Source: Cenococcum geophilum (lineage: Eukaryota). From it: DNA of 64,000 nucleotides. Within the stretch, counting starts at the first letter, position 1, and every line of letters begins with the position of its first letter. The notes beneath the pieces were generated by a model. It had not been told where the DNA came from and did no database searches. It saw only the letters and a program-made list of their open reading frames with translations. Of this stretch, positions 1 to 12,560 are shown piece after piece. Made by a program: the position numbers and the translations under genes. The stretch lies in assembly GCA_050273025.1 (NCBI GenBank), contig CP158636.1, positions 10,850,001 to 10,914,000 of the forward strand. The letters run 5' to 3'.

Positions 1-38
1 AAAGAGTGGTCTATCGATGCCTCCATCGCCATCGCAGA

Positions 39-449
39 ATGAATAGAAGCCATTCTACTACACGCGTCCAGCCTTTGGACTGGAAAACTGAATCTTTCCG
101 TCCTAACCAAACCAATACTGTAGCCTGGAATATTCCTCTTTCACCCGCTGATATCAACTCGCTCATCGCAGGTTTCCAGCCGGAAAGCATGGACGATAGA
201 TGGTTCATATATTCCGAAGGGCCTAATGACCGGGGTAAACTGCTAGTGAATCTCCATCGAAGCTGGACAGGAATCAAAGTTGCACAAGTGGTGGTCGACG
301 TTACGAGCGGTAGCGAGCACATTGATAGCATTACTTGGAATAACGGAGAGCAGACGAGCCGTTTGAGCAGTCACGAAGCTAAAGAGACCGTTGCTGGGAC
401 GTTTAAGTGGGTATTGGGGGTAAAATTCCCGGAGACTGCATTGCAGTGA
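39..449 (+). CDS. Small conserved hypothetical protein (P-x2-MDDRWFIY...HRSWTG motif); may extend upstream of the window
   Basis: First in-frame ATG at 39 of ORF 6..449. The motif GFQPESMDDRWFIY...LHRSWTG resembles an uncharacterised family I recall from both fungi and bacteria. Confidence 0.6.
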   Translation: MNRSHSTTRVQPLDWKTESFRPNQTNTVAWNIPLSPADINSLIAGFQPESMDDRWFIYSEGPNDRGKLLVNLHRSWTGIKVAQVVVDVTSGSEHIDSITWNNGEQTSRLSSHEAKETVAGTFKWVLGVKFPETALQ

Positions 450-966
450 GCTGAGTTTCAGTAGTATGGCCTGGGTAAGCTATGAATCGTTCTATAAAAT
501 GCGTGGTTATAAATCCTATTCAAACCACAAGCATGTGATTGTATTGGCTCCATGAACATCATGCTAACCCGCATAGGTCACTCACGACTCAGCTCTCGCC
601 CTCAGAGCTACTTACGAAAATACATCTTTTATTCTTCAAAGTATTCTACTATTCAAGAGGATAATCTGGTCAGTTTCGACAGAGGTAGTGTAAGTGCACA
701 GGTAGGCCTACAACTAAAGAAGCGGAACAGATAGCATAATATATTTTCGTAACCCAAGTTTTATAAACAGGATACTTCCTAAATGTAGAATGCTCTCCTA
801 ATATAACTAATTAGTTCTTTTAATCCGTTTCCAATTCCCTGTCCCAAACTCCCCCACCCTTTGCCGGGCCTTTCGCAACCTTTCTAGAACTCCACACGGT
901 CTTTAGCTACCCAATCCACTTTACTCATTTCAATCCCAAGCCATTTAGACTCTTTCCACACCCGTT

Positions 967-1787
967 TCAAGCTACCTTTCCAATACCTCCGTACCACATT
1001 CCCGTTAGCTCTGGCTGGCACTCTCCTTCCGCCTCGTTCATCTTCCACTTATCCACCTTCACAATCCCTGGTTCCACCACTTGCAACCCTTGAAAAATCG
1101 GCTCGATCTCCGCCTTCGGCCGCAGATACAAAGGCATAGGTGTCATAGCATACGCCTTTTCCGTCCGCTCAACCACATCCGTCGTCCTCTCATCCCGCGT
1201 CCCGTGGATCATAGCGAAAGTAACTCCCCGGAGCAACCACATTGCGAAAAGCCGCAAGCATGAGCTCGTACTGCGCCAGCAAGAAGAAGCGCACCAGCGC
1301 CATCATCACGATACCAACCGGGCCTCCCGAGATCTATCAGGCGGGCCATTTCCGGTGCTTCAGAATCGTCTCCGGCTCCAGCGCCGACGCGAGGATGACG
1401 CCCACGCTCTCCCGCCGGCGCTGCACCACGATGATCTCGCGCGCCTGCCGGACCGCGATGTCGTCGACGTCGGCGTACACGACTCTGGCCGCGGGGCCCA
1501 GGCGCTGCGCGACGTTGCGCGTGTTGCTTGCGGTGGGCAGCCCGGAGCCGATGTCGATTAACTGCGTGATGCCCTGTTTCACCATCTAGCGCATCGTGCA
1601 CTGTAGGAAGGCGTGATTTTCGATGACCGCGGGCTTGATTTCTGGAAGGGCGGCTTCGATGATGTTGGCGGCGGCGCGGCCGATGGCGAAGTTATGCGTC
1701 CCGCCTAGGTAAGTCGTACATCCGCGCGATACTCGGTCGGCTTATGTCGTATCCCTCGGGGACGGGGGGTGCAGAGGTTGACGCCAT
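967..1787 (-). pseudogene. SAM-dependent methyltransferase of the Methyltransf_19 (actinobacterial-type) family, disrupted
   Basis: Joined frames give MASTSAPP..SRPSIARMYD/YLGGTHNF..RAAA..NHAFL..R*MVKQGITQLIDIGSGLPTASN..ARVVYADVD../LIDLGRP/VGIVMMAL..APGSYF/AMIHGT..EIEPIFQGLQVVEPGIV..W..YGGIGK. Frameshifts near 1711, 1355, 1320 and 1218; in-frame TAG at 1586-1588. Intronless and GC-rich. Confidence 0.85.
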
Positions 1788-2659
1788 GGTGGGCTGGACT
1801 TGTTCTAGATCTGTGGTGTTATAGGCTTGGGCGGTGTATGAGCTTTGAGTCGACTATCTTCAGAGTATGCTGATGTTATAATGGTCACGGGTAGGTTAGT
1901 CTTTATACTAGACAGCTGCGATATTTATACTCTTTGCCATGATCAAAGTCCTAGCACATTTTATTCGATCATGGTACTCGATAATGTCCTCCGGCTCTCC
2001 CATCATTATAGCAGAGTCCAATGTCCGCATAAAAAACTCAAAAGAGCAGGCCTGGCCGTGAGTAAGCCACGAACCGTCTCTACCTGCGGCTTATTCTTTC
2101 ATTGAAGTGTCATGGGTTGAGGTGCTGGCTGCAACATGTTGGTAATCAATGGTGAGAACGAGTCAAGAAAAGAGCTAAATTGGGGCTGGCCTTCTTCAAT
2201 ATAAGAGAACGCATATCCCAGCGGAATCGCTGCGCGAGCATGAGAATAATGATGCAAATATCCCTGCTTCATGAATCATAGATTTGACTTGTCAACTTTC
2301 TTCCTTGTCTAACCTCCGCCCCGATCATCACTCGCGTCAACATCGCAGCTTTAGTGCTAAAACTAAAATAAGCTCAACCATACACGGTGTAGTGTATTCT
2401 CCATAGCGTCTTTTAACAAGCACGAGGGGATTTCATGACACTAAAATTACGAGTAATGTTAGTCAAGAAGCGTGAGAAAAGATTGAGAGAAAAGATCAAG
2501 GGAAAAAGACATTGCGGGCTAGATACGTTGTTCATATTGGCTTTACCATTACACATGACAATAAACTACATATATACCTGAAGCAATAATACTTTAGGAA
2601 CGTCAGGATCGGCCCTTGAACATACTAAGTCTTCGTGCATGAAAACAGGGGGACATGAA

Positions 2660-5173
2660 TCATTCATGCTTCAGCCCATCTAGATAGATCAACAAGCGCT
2701 TCTTAATCACGAACCCAATCAATTTTCCTGATCCCTCTTCAGTCACGCAAAGATATCGCAACCCCAGCTTCCCAAATATTTCCACCGCATACTCCATCGG
2801 CGCTTTTGAGCAAATCGTAATAGGAGTCCGATCAACGAACGTGCTAAGGTCATACTCACCTTCTTCCGCATCCCCAAGTAATCGGACATCCACATCATCC
2901 CCAAGTTCTTGCCCGAGTTTATTTAGTCCGAAATCAAGCTCGGGCTCTGCGATATAGCCTTGCAGAAGACCTTTCTGCACAAGCACGATCCCGCCGTCCA
3001 TAAGACCTCGCCGATGTAGATAACCAAGCTTCTCTTTGAGGATCTTACGAGGAACCTTATTATTCTGGGGTACGTTAACGGTGAGCTCGACCATGGTTGT
3101 CGCAGGCGGGATTAGTGCTTCTACAAGGGCAGAGGACTGGTGCTGAACAAGGGTAAGGGCGTGATCAGTGTCGAGGAAAGGGTGACCTAGCACGGATTGT
3201 GCAAGGTCATAGACGGATTCCTTGCTTAAGGCATCGGCGGTCCATTTGGCGACAAGGATGGCAATCATGTGAGGAATCGTATATTCAAGTTCTCCGGTAA
3301 GCTGAAATGAAGTTAACCATCATCGTACTGCATCTGTGATAGAATGAAAAGTAATGATGCCAAATTAGAGGGACAGTTTAGGCCTTTACCTCAAACATAA
3401 TCACGCACAGAGAGATGGTCATTCTGGTCACGCCAGCGAGAAACGCGGCTGCACCAACCATGGCAAAAATTCCTGGCGAAATAGTAGTAACCCATTGCCC
3501 GACTAGTCGACCGAATAGAGCGCCGCCAACGAGAGCTGGAATGATGATACCGGATGGTACCTTTAAGCCAAAGGTAATTGTGGTTGAAGCCAGCTGGACG
3601 AGTGTTCCGTAGGCCAGCCAAGCAATGTAATCCCATCTTCCATCGTCTCGGCGCTCATTTCGACAAACCCACGTATCTTTTGTGTCACTGCAACTGACGA
3701 GCAGGTTTTTGATAATGATATCTCCAGGTGCTCGCGTAGTAGGATTCGGGTATTGCAGCGCAGCAGTTATGAGAATGACCAAGAATACCTCGAAGACAGG
3801 ATTATCCTTAATAGTAGGAAGTCTGTAATGCCGTAAGATTTCGCTTCTTGAAGATTATCTGGAAGACTATGGCTCTTACCTCCTAAACCATTTAGCCCAC
3901 TTGAAATTTGCCATAGTAAATGTGCCACCCCAGAGACCCCCGGCAATGCCAAGAAATATAAATACAAGATAGTGCTCAGGGCGGTACAGGGTTCCGTAAT
4001 TCATTTCGAAGAGTACCAATTTGCCCGTGCCGTGAGGATTCAGAGCCCTCAGTGTCATGGCGGCAACCATGGAGCAGAGGAAAGTTTTCCACAGAACCTT
4101 TCGGGGAAAATATACGCTAATTTCCTACGTTCCATAGGATTAGAACTTTCACTTGTTGAATTAGAAATAGCGACGAACCTCGTAGGCGAATAACACGCCG
4201 CCAATTGGAGCACCGAACGCGGCACTCAACCCAGCTGCGCAAGCAGCTGAGAGTATCTCTCTCAGTTTCTTGCCGTTCTCACGATACTTTGGAAACATTT
4301 GTACGACGAATTGTCCAACGCAAGCAGCGATGTGGATAAAGGGGCCTTCCTTTCCTAGGGACATCCCTGTGGCGACTGCAAATACGGCGCCAACTGCTTT
4401 CAATACGAGGATTCGAAGATCGAGGAAGTGGGGAATAACAAACCCGCTAAGAATAGTCTTGATTTCTGGAATTCCGGAGCCGGCAGACATATATAGGGAT
4501 TTCCCTACCGTCAAACCATCATTAACGGATGTGGCAATGCTATTACTATAGTCTTTCTTGGGTGCCACAGAAGGCAGGGCCCGTTTAGATAGCATTGTCA
4601 CAGAGGAGCTGATGATACCAAAGAGAACGGCCCAACCAACGTATATCCCAAAGCGCATTCCATAAGAATCGCCCCAAAGTTTATATTGATCACAGAGCTT
4701 GCCCTCTTCTTCGGCATACTGGCAGCAGGCTTCATGGTTGAGAAGGGGATTTCTCGAACAGTATCCGTATTTCCAATCCCCCACAGTGGCGACAGAAAGA
4801 TCGACGGCAACCGCAACAAAGGCCATTAGAGCGCCGATTACCGATACGGCAATCCATCCAGAGCAAGCGTCGAAGTTACAGATAATTGCGGCGCGAAGAC
4901 CTTGGCGAGAATGTAAAGCGCGGAAGCGGTATGAATCCTTGACCTATCACAACTACAATTAATGACCATTTAGAATATTATGGCGTGCGAGCATACTAGA
5001 TCATGAAGCCAGTCAATTGTAGTGTAGTCGTTGTAGGCAAGCCTTTCGCCGATAGCAGTCCCAGCCAAAGCTCCCTCCTCTTTTGTGATGACTGATCGAG
5101 CTTCCTCATCATACCGAGCTCGTGGAAAGAGGAGATGGGTGCGCTCGGTAACCTCATGTGCATGGTCGGCCAT
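2660..5173 (-). CDS. CLC family chloride channel/antiporter (Gef1-like) with C-terminal CBS-type region; exons 5173-4997, 4943-4179, 4124-3880, 3822-3390, 3301-2660
   Basis: CLC signatures GSGIPE, GKEGP, FGAPIGGVLF, PSGIIIP and GAAAFLAGVTR; four GT-AG introns join the exons in frame. Confidence 0.93.
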
Positions 5174-6389
5174 GTTGACGAATGGCTCTGGTGAGGAGCA
5201 GGTATTCCGGACCAGAGCGAAGGAGAGAGATGGTTAATGAGGGATGACAAGAAGGATTCCGAGTAGCAGCCATAGCATCCAGAGGCGGACGCCACATAGA
5301 AGGTGTTCTTTTTGCCGTGTGTATCTGAAGGCGCGCTCCAGGCCAAAGGAGGCGTGTTGAGGGGCATCAGACCCTCGAACCCATTTTTGACGCTAACATG
5401 CCTCGCATCTGATAGCGGACACGCGGGGGGATCAGAATATTGTGATTGGTGAGCCTTGACATTCGTGCATTCATACCTTCGTACAAACATTGCAAATTTC
5501 CAAGGCCTCTTCATGATTTGTCTAACGCACTCTACTATGATAATTCCACCCTATCTAGTTGTAAACCCTAAAGCTTCCCGAACCAACCCTATTTGGGTTA
5601 GAGATAACTAGAAACGAGCTATCTCTTGACCAGGGGATTTCTTAAAGATTACATAATAGGATCAGGTGGTGAAGTTAAATTCACATAATTGGTCACGTGA
5701 TGTAGATTTTAACTATTCACGTCGATTTCTTCTTCTTTAAGTAATAGCACCACCACCACTACCACAATCACTGTTACAGCTGCTGCTGCTACTACTACAT
5801 CTTCTGCTCCTGCCCCTGCTGCTGCTGCCGCTCCTGCTTCTGCTGCCGCTCCTGCTTCCGCTCCTGCTCCTCCACCACCACCACCATCACCACCGCCGCC
5901 GCTGCCACCATGTCCGCGCCCGGCCGCCATCACTCCTCCGTGCCTACCCCGCGCAGGGCTGCGTCGCCTCCGTGTGGGACTTCGGTCCCAGCGGATGAGC
6001 GTGCTGGTAAGAATTAGCACCATAAAGAGAACCGCAAGAATATACTAACTTGTGAATAGCTGCTGCTGCTGCCACCGCCGCCAGGCCCCTCCCCGCTCCC
6101 ACCACCACCACCACCACCACCCTGCCAGTCACGCTTGCCCGTGCCCTTTCCCGCTCCGCGCGACTCCACCAGATTGTGGAGCTGTACCGCCAGATTGCGG
6201 AGCTGTACGGCCAGATCGTGGAGCTGCGCTGCCATTTAGTGGCTTTGTATGAGGAGGAGGTGGAGGAGAATAAGAATAAGTAGGAGAGGGAGGAGGGGGG
6301 GGGGTTTACTGGGCCCTACGGGGCAGCTACGGAGGTCTTTTTGTTTTTGTGGATTAAAAAATATATAATTAAATCAACCTACCTTATAA

Positions 6390-7122
6390 CTAAAGCAGAA
6401 CTTCCGGAGAAATGATATTCTCCGTTCTTGTTTGATTTAGGGGAAGCAGTACTAAAATACCGTTTACGATACTAACCCGAAATAGCGCAACATAAAGCTG
6501 ACCGTGCGTAAAAACCGGCATCCGTAAATCAATACTTACAAAGTTAAAAGACTGACCCCGCGACTTACCTACGGTCGTTGCAAAAGATAAACGAATAGGA
6601 AACTGCCGTCAACTAACAATAAACGGCAGCTCACCTTCCGTAGAAGATTGCTTAATCCGCGGGATAGCCCGTAGCTGGTTAGCAAAGGTTCCGCCAAGAA
6701 TATGGGCTTCAAGACAGCAACGGCCCATCCGGGTAACAACCATAGGGGTACCGTTACAGAGGCCCTCTTAGGATACATATACGGCAGATCTCGCAAGTTT
6801 TAAACCGACTAAATTGGAAGGGTTGGCGTGGCTGGCTATAACAAGAGCAGTAGCGCGGAGAGGAGTTCTGTAAAGATTGCTTATGGGCGTGCTGAGGAGG
6901 CTGTTGAAGAGGCTGCTGAAGAGGCTACTGAGAAGGCTGTTGATAAGGCCGCTGCGGAGGCTGCTGCGGAGGCTGTTGTTGGGCCTGTTTCTTCTCCTTC
7001 CGCCTATACTGGCAGTAAACACACGTAGTAAGGCAGAGGCTGTCAGAATTAAAGGAGTATTCGGAAATAGACCTAGAGCAATGGCAACGGGCACAAAATA
7101 AGCGGTTAAGGGGGGGATCCAT
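6390..7122 (-). mobile_element. Internally deleted Helitron: N-terminal zinc-finger region fused to the extreme C-terminus of the PIF1-like helicase; element ends uncertain (about 5.6-7.25 kb)
   Basis: 6767-6390 reads EGLCNGTPMVV..ILGG..IPRI..LPF..*RQFPIRLSFATTVGKSRGQSF..DLRMPVFTHGQLYVALFRV..TENIISPEVLL*. 7122-6780 encodes CxxC..CxxC motifs (CARC..TCVYC; TCEIC) and a Q/P-rich linker. Confidence 0.85.
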
Positions 7123-9529
7123 GAGTAGGTGGTAATAATGGCAGTTAGTAAGTTTAGTGTTCCTGCACGTGACAGTGTCCGTATCCCTTTACCTACCGTT
7201 ATCGATAAGAACTAGCCAATCAGATCAACTAAATCGAATTGTCATAGGAGTAAAATCGGGCAGCGGCCATGGCTTCGGTGGTGGCTTTTTAGCACATCGA
7301 TTCGGCTGAGCGTTGTACTGAGTCGGTTGAACAAGGTCTATATCATTGGAAGTACGATTAGAAAGCATTGTTAGTAGTAATTAGCTATACATTCTGGTGT
7401 TCAAGCACGGACCAGCTTCCGGTAGGACGCCGGCGGGTTAAGGGATAGAGCAAGCCTGGTAAGGTCGGAGTAACACTCAATGCACCAAAATATATTCTGG
7501 AGTCCCTTCTGTATGATCTCTCCAGATCTTGTCTTGCTATTCTTGAACCCAGGCAAACTCCTCAAAGCTTTCCCATTTATCCTATCTTTCACCATGAGAG
7601 CTTCCATGCCCTCAGTGTAAATGAAGGCTTACATCTTACTATTTGACGATGGTTCTGGAAGAGTCCTCCACATGCGTCTACACGCGTTTCCTGCTTACAT
7701 AAGCAGACTCCCTTTGTTCGTGTTTTTGGTAGCAACCACTTATTGATTGCTACCACATAGGTCTATATAGGGCCTATGTTCTTCGTAGTTAGATCTCATT
7801 CATTCCAATATCATTCAGTTCATCACTATTTGTCTTAGGCTTCTCTACAGTCGCACTTACTTTCCAGATCGTAGCACCTACGAAGGTCGACGGGTTTCGC
7901 AACATGCCACGGCTACTATTTCGACTTCATCACAAGTGCTCCAATCCAAGCAACACCGAATGTCGAAGATTCTAAAGAGTTTAGTCGGACTGTTTACATT
8001 TACCCAAAGTACAGGGATAATCTATAAAACGATAGATTACCCGGTGCACATGACCTCTCGCCCCTATTTAAATCCCCAGGACTGAGGGCAGTGATACGTC
8101 TCATGGGAAGAGTTACAAAAGGAGCCGGGCATGTGACGAAAATTCGTGGCTATACCTGGATGGTTACACTGGACCGATTCAGGGTCCATGGCTCGTTCAC
8201 ACTTGCTCAGATAGCGGTAATGGTTTTACACAATAGGCATAATGTAGTATTAGTGAGGTGGTTCAATGCTGAGGAAACTGTGCATTAGTGTAAGTTGAGT
8301 AGGATGACGTTCTACTCAGGCTCCAAAGGAGTTAAGATTTCCTGTCAGACCACAAGTTGACCTGGAGACTGTAACCAACAGATAGGACTGTGGGACGCCA
8401 TAAGGCTTGGTATTGTTTCCTCACAAGCACCCAGACCTCGGGAATGTCAGGCAGCGGACAAGAGAGGCCTTCTATACTTTACATTCGTACTCGAGGGGTA
8501 GTAAGTCGTAGACGTCTCGAGGGAAGCGCAAGCTATAGTTTGACGGACCTTCTTTCCTTGATGCTCGAAGATGGAGCAAGAGCTAGCCGTAGGCTTATTA
8601 GCATCTGCGGCGTCATTGTACTTGTTTGAGAAGTTACTGTAAAGTGGCTAGCAGCTCCAGAAAATTAATGACCAACATTCTTGAAAATGTCTCGGCAAAC
8701 CCATCAAGTTTAAGATGATATATAGTAACTAGATCTACTGTAGAGGTCTTCAGATGTGTATGATAAATACCAGCTATTCGCAGTAACTGTTTAAAGCAAG
8801 TTGGGAAGGATTGAGAATGGGTTAGCAATGTAGTGCAAAGCGCGACAACAGGGGTTCACTCCAATAGCGGAAACGGCGGAAAGAACAAAGGATCGGTTGG
8901 ACCAGACACTTTTCTAAACGGTGTGGTTGGTTGATCAATTGAGTAATTTACTGCATAAAGTTGAATAGGATTGAATGGGGTCGACCCGGATGCGCACAAA
9001 GCCAGTCACTCCAGCGTAGTTTTTGCGTGTGGTTATGGGTGGTTATGGGTGGTTGTGGGTGGTTGTGGGTGGATCTGGGTCCATACCCGCCCGACAAACC
9101 TAAAATATTTTAGCTTCCAAAGGGGCTGTCAACGTACGTCGTACGTTCTACAACTACACGCATGTTGAACATATTAAATAGCTGTCCGCTTTGGAATCCA
9201 GTTACTTATCCTGTGTCGCCGTGTTATTATGCCTTAATCTGTAATTATTTTGTGCAAAGCATTCAAAGCATCTGTTAGGCCCCCGATGATTGCCATGTTC
9301 ACTAAATCATACCGCGGATCCGCCGGCATTAGTGATATTAGTGGTGCGGTGTGTAAGCAGGAAATTGAGACTTGGCAGAGCTGGTTGCTGGCTGATTGCT
9401 GGCTGGCTGCAGGCTAGCTAGCAGGCGAGATCATTGCTGAAACACTTAGAAGGTCGATAAGATGCCCTGCTTGATAAGATTCAACAACAACCTCCAAAAA
9501 CTGGCGTTTCAGTCTTGCCTACCGCCCTC

Positions 9530-11581
9530 ATGGACCAGCGTCGTTCTTCCCGTACAGATCGCTCTTACCAAGACGATTCCTCAATTACCCCGATTCCACC
9601 CTCTATAACCACCACAACAACTGCTGGCCCAAGATCAACAACCACAACTTCGGGCCCGGGAACAACTACAATAAATGGTCTAACAACCACCACCACAACA
9701 ATAAACCCGAGACAAGCAGCGCCGCTAGCACCTCTGACTCTTGCAGTCCCTACAACAATACAACGAATACCCTCCACAGTCCGGATCAGACGGCTCCCTT
9801 CAACACCATCAGTACCACAATTACGTTCACAGGGTGATGTGAATCGTCCCGCAGACGAAAATGCCGAATCTGCGTCTCGCCGTCGAAGCAATTCGGCCCC
9901 CCAGCGGCCGCAGTTGTCTGCATATCCTCCCAATGATCTCGATATTCGGAGACAGATGACGGCCTCGTCGTATCTCCCAGCACTGCAGGAAGAGACCTCA
10001 GGGCGCGAGACGCCTCAGCTTCTGGCAGTTCCATCAAACCAACAACCGGGACGAGTGAGGAGAGCCAGTGCCGCTGCATGGTCGATGCTAACAAGGCAAA
10101 ACACGAACAATAGCATTAATGCACAAGCTGGACCTTCGCAAGAATACGATTCGCGGATTATTGATATGCTGGATGTCATTGGTGAGTCTTGACATTGCCG
10201 CTCACAATTTTTCTAACCTCAAGCCTACTGATTGTAATCGTTCTGTATAACAGACCCTGAAGTCGCAACACTCAATACCCTTAACAACGTCCAGAACTCC
10301 CTATTCATCCCCAACCTTGGTAATTTCTACAATCGCAGACCTACCTATGACCTCTCAAGGCATTCCCCCGATACTTCGGACGGGGAAATAGGTGTTACTC
10401 AGGGCCACCCTGGCTATGATTTTACCAGTACTGGTAGAAGGCCGGAGCAGGTGGATTATGACGAAGAAGAGGAGGCTCCCGGGCTTAGTCGCTCACGTAC
10501 AACACAGAGTATCTCCTCTGTGCTTACAAGCATGTCAGAAGGACATAACTTTGCAGTCCTTCCACACGGCGCCTCACTTGAAGGATGGAGTGCAGAAGAT
10601 AAGGCCGAGTTGAACGACCACGTGAGACACCTTCTACACTCACGCCGAGCCAAGTTCAAGCGAGGAATGCGGGGATTTGGTAAATACGTGAGGAAACGTA
10701 AGTACACTATCAAATACAGTCCGAAGACCCGCCAGGATCTAACGCTGCACAGCTGTTGGATTTCTTGTGACACTGTATGCCTTTCTTCTAACTTTCTGGG
10801 GTGCTGCGTGGGTGCTGTTCCTCATTGGTACGTAAAAAAAGCACCGAAACGTCCTTAGTAGCATTAATTAGTAATCGTTGCATTAGGCTGGATATCGGTA
10901 GGGGACCGCCAAGCCTATTTTGTTGAGATTTGCGATCAAATCCTGACCGCTCTATTTTGTGTCGTGGGTATTGGATTCGCTCCTTTTCGCACCGTCGATA
11001 CGTACCATATGATATACATTGCTCATTACCATCGCCTGACTTGGCGTTTGCGGAAGGAGCGTGCTCTGCCCGAGCTAAAAGACCACAACGATCTTCCCGA
11101 ACCCCCAGATAACAACCGTGATGTCGAGCCTGGGCCCGAGAAGGATGACGAAGAACCGGAAGCGATTGTGCTCACTGCCGAACAACAGAAAAAGCTTGAA
11201 TATCACCAAGCAAAGTTTTGTAGTTCGCACACCTTCTACAAGCCGCATGAGACGCCCACTCATCATGCGTTTTCGCTTCGACTTCTTATTGCCATTGTAG
11301 TACTTCTTGATTGTCATTCTTTATTCCAGATGGCTCTTGGTGGAACTACCTGGGGCATAAATTATCACCACCGTCCAAAAGCACTAACTGCTGTAATTCT
11401 GTCTTGTTCGATTAGCTGTAATATCTCCGCTGGCATCACTATCAGTATCGGGGATAGAAGGTCCAGGAAGAAATTGGTGGTTGAGCAGATGTTCAGGCAA
11501 GGCTTGACAGAGGAAGCTTTGGCTAAACTCAGCAAAGAGAAAGGTTTGAAGGCTTCAGGGGTGAAAGCTCCTATTCGATAG
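9530..11581 (+). CDS. Integral membrane protein, DUF2985-like; exons 9530-10181, 10254-10697, 10753-10827, 10887-11581
   Basis: Three GT-AG introns keep frame. Motifs include DPEVATLNTLNNVQNSLFIP, LNDHVRHLLHSRR, TLYAFLLTFWGAAWVLFLIGW, EICDQILTALF and hydrophobic TM segments. Confidence 0.85.
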
Positions 11582-11789
11582 GCTTTGCGCGAAGCGCAAG
11601 AATTGCATGGTATATCTCGACTTCTTCTCAATCCCTTAGAATGAACCGAAGTGTGTCGTTGGACTCGGCAAATTTACGGTTCCGTCGAAATTTCCCCTGT
11701 CTTGACCCTCCAGCTGTCATCTATGTGGCTCCGTCACTTATCATCGCTTAACATTCAAGCAACAGCGAGTGACGACAGTTCGTTATTAA

Positions 11790-12300
11790 TTAGACTAACA
11801 GCTCTGCCCGTATATCGGATGTCTTCTTCCTACCCTTTTCGTATCCCGAATGCCCATCATCCCCATCTTCACGTTCTAAAAACTCCTCATCAATATGGGT
11901 GGGGCCGTAAATACTTGTCACAAGCACCCTTAATCCCCCCGACCGCTCGCTTCTACTATCCTCATGGCTTTTCCCTTGCACCGGCCTCAAGACGAGCTTC
12001 TGAAGAACATCGGTAAATTTACGTAGCTCCGACGCATTCCAATACAGAGGTTTGAGCGTTGGCTCGACGTGCTTTGGTCTGGCTTTGAAAATGCACGTGT
12101 CGATACGATCGATTATCCAGAATATGGGCGGTTTCTGGGCAGAGTTTTGCTAAGGAGTGTGGGGTGCTGACGATGACCCGTTGGTTGTATCGCTGGAGGA
12201 TTGGCTACTGATATGGGACGATTCATAGGTGTTGAGAAGCTCTTGCAGTAGCTGGGCCAGTTCTTCCATGCTCACGTCTTTCTCCGTGGTGGAGTGATCC
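11790..12300 (-). pseudogene. C-terminal fragment of a NACHT-like P-loop protein, cut at its 5' side by the solo LTR
   Basis: One frame with a single internal TAG (12150-12152): MEELAQLLQELL..*..PIFWIIDRIDTC..LRKFTDVLQKLV..LRVLVTS, i.e. Walker-B-like and sensor-1-like motifs. Confidence 0.55.
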
Positions 12301-12560
12301 TGTCGACCTGAATCGGAGTTCCTTACTACCATCGTAATACTATCTGACGACCTAGATCGTCTATACGAACTATGTCTCAGTTGTCTCGTATCTTGAGCTC
12401 GTATGTCTCATCGAACGTCTCATTACCTGTTTCTCTTAACTATGACCTACTACATGACGACGTCGTCGTCATTGTATTTGGACCTACCTGATGTATATAA
12501 GAGAGCTTCTAGAGCCCTCTTTAATAAACAGAGTTCTCATTCCTGATCGTCCGTTCAACA
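12301..12560. mobile_element. Solo LTR (260 bp), same family and orientation as 58517-58774, without a target-site duplication
   Basis: TGTCGACC...GTTCAACA ends; near-identical to the 58.5 kb copy; flanks GATCC and ATACT differ. Confidence 0.9.

Noticed and set aside
7401..7607. 68-aa ORF on the minus strand
   Set aside because: No recognisable motif or splice context; it may be a gene relic but cannot be supported.
8966..9102. 10-bp GGTT(A/G)TGGGT repeats with weak TAGG...CCTA ends, as a possible MITE or telomere relic
   Set aside because: The inverted ends are poor, there is no TSD, and the unit is not TTAGGG.
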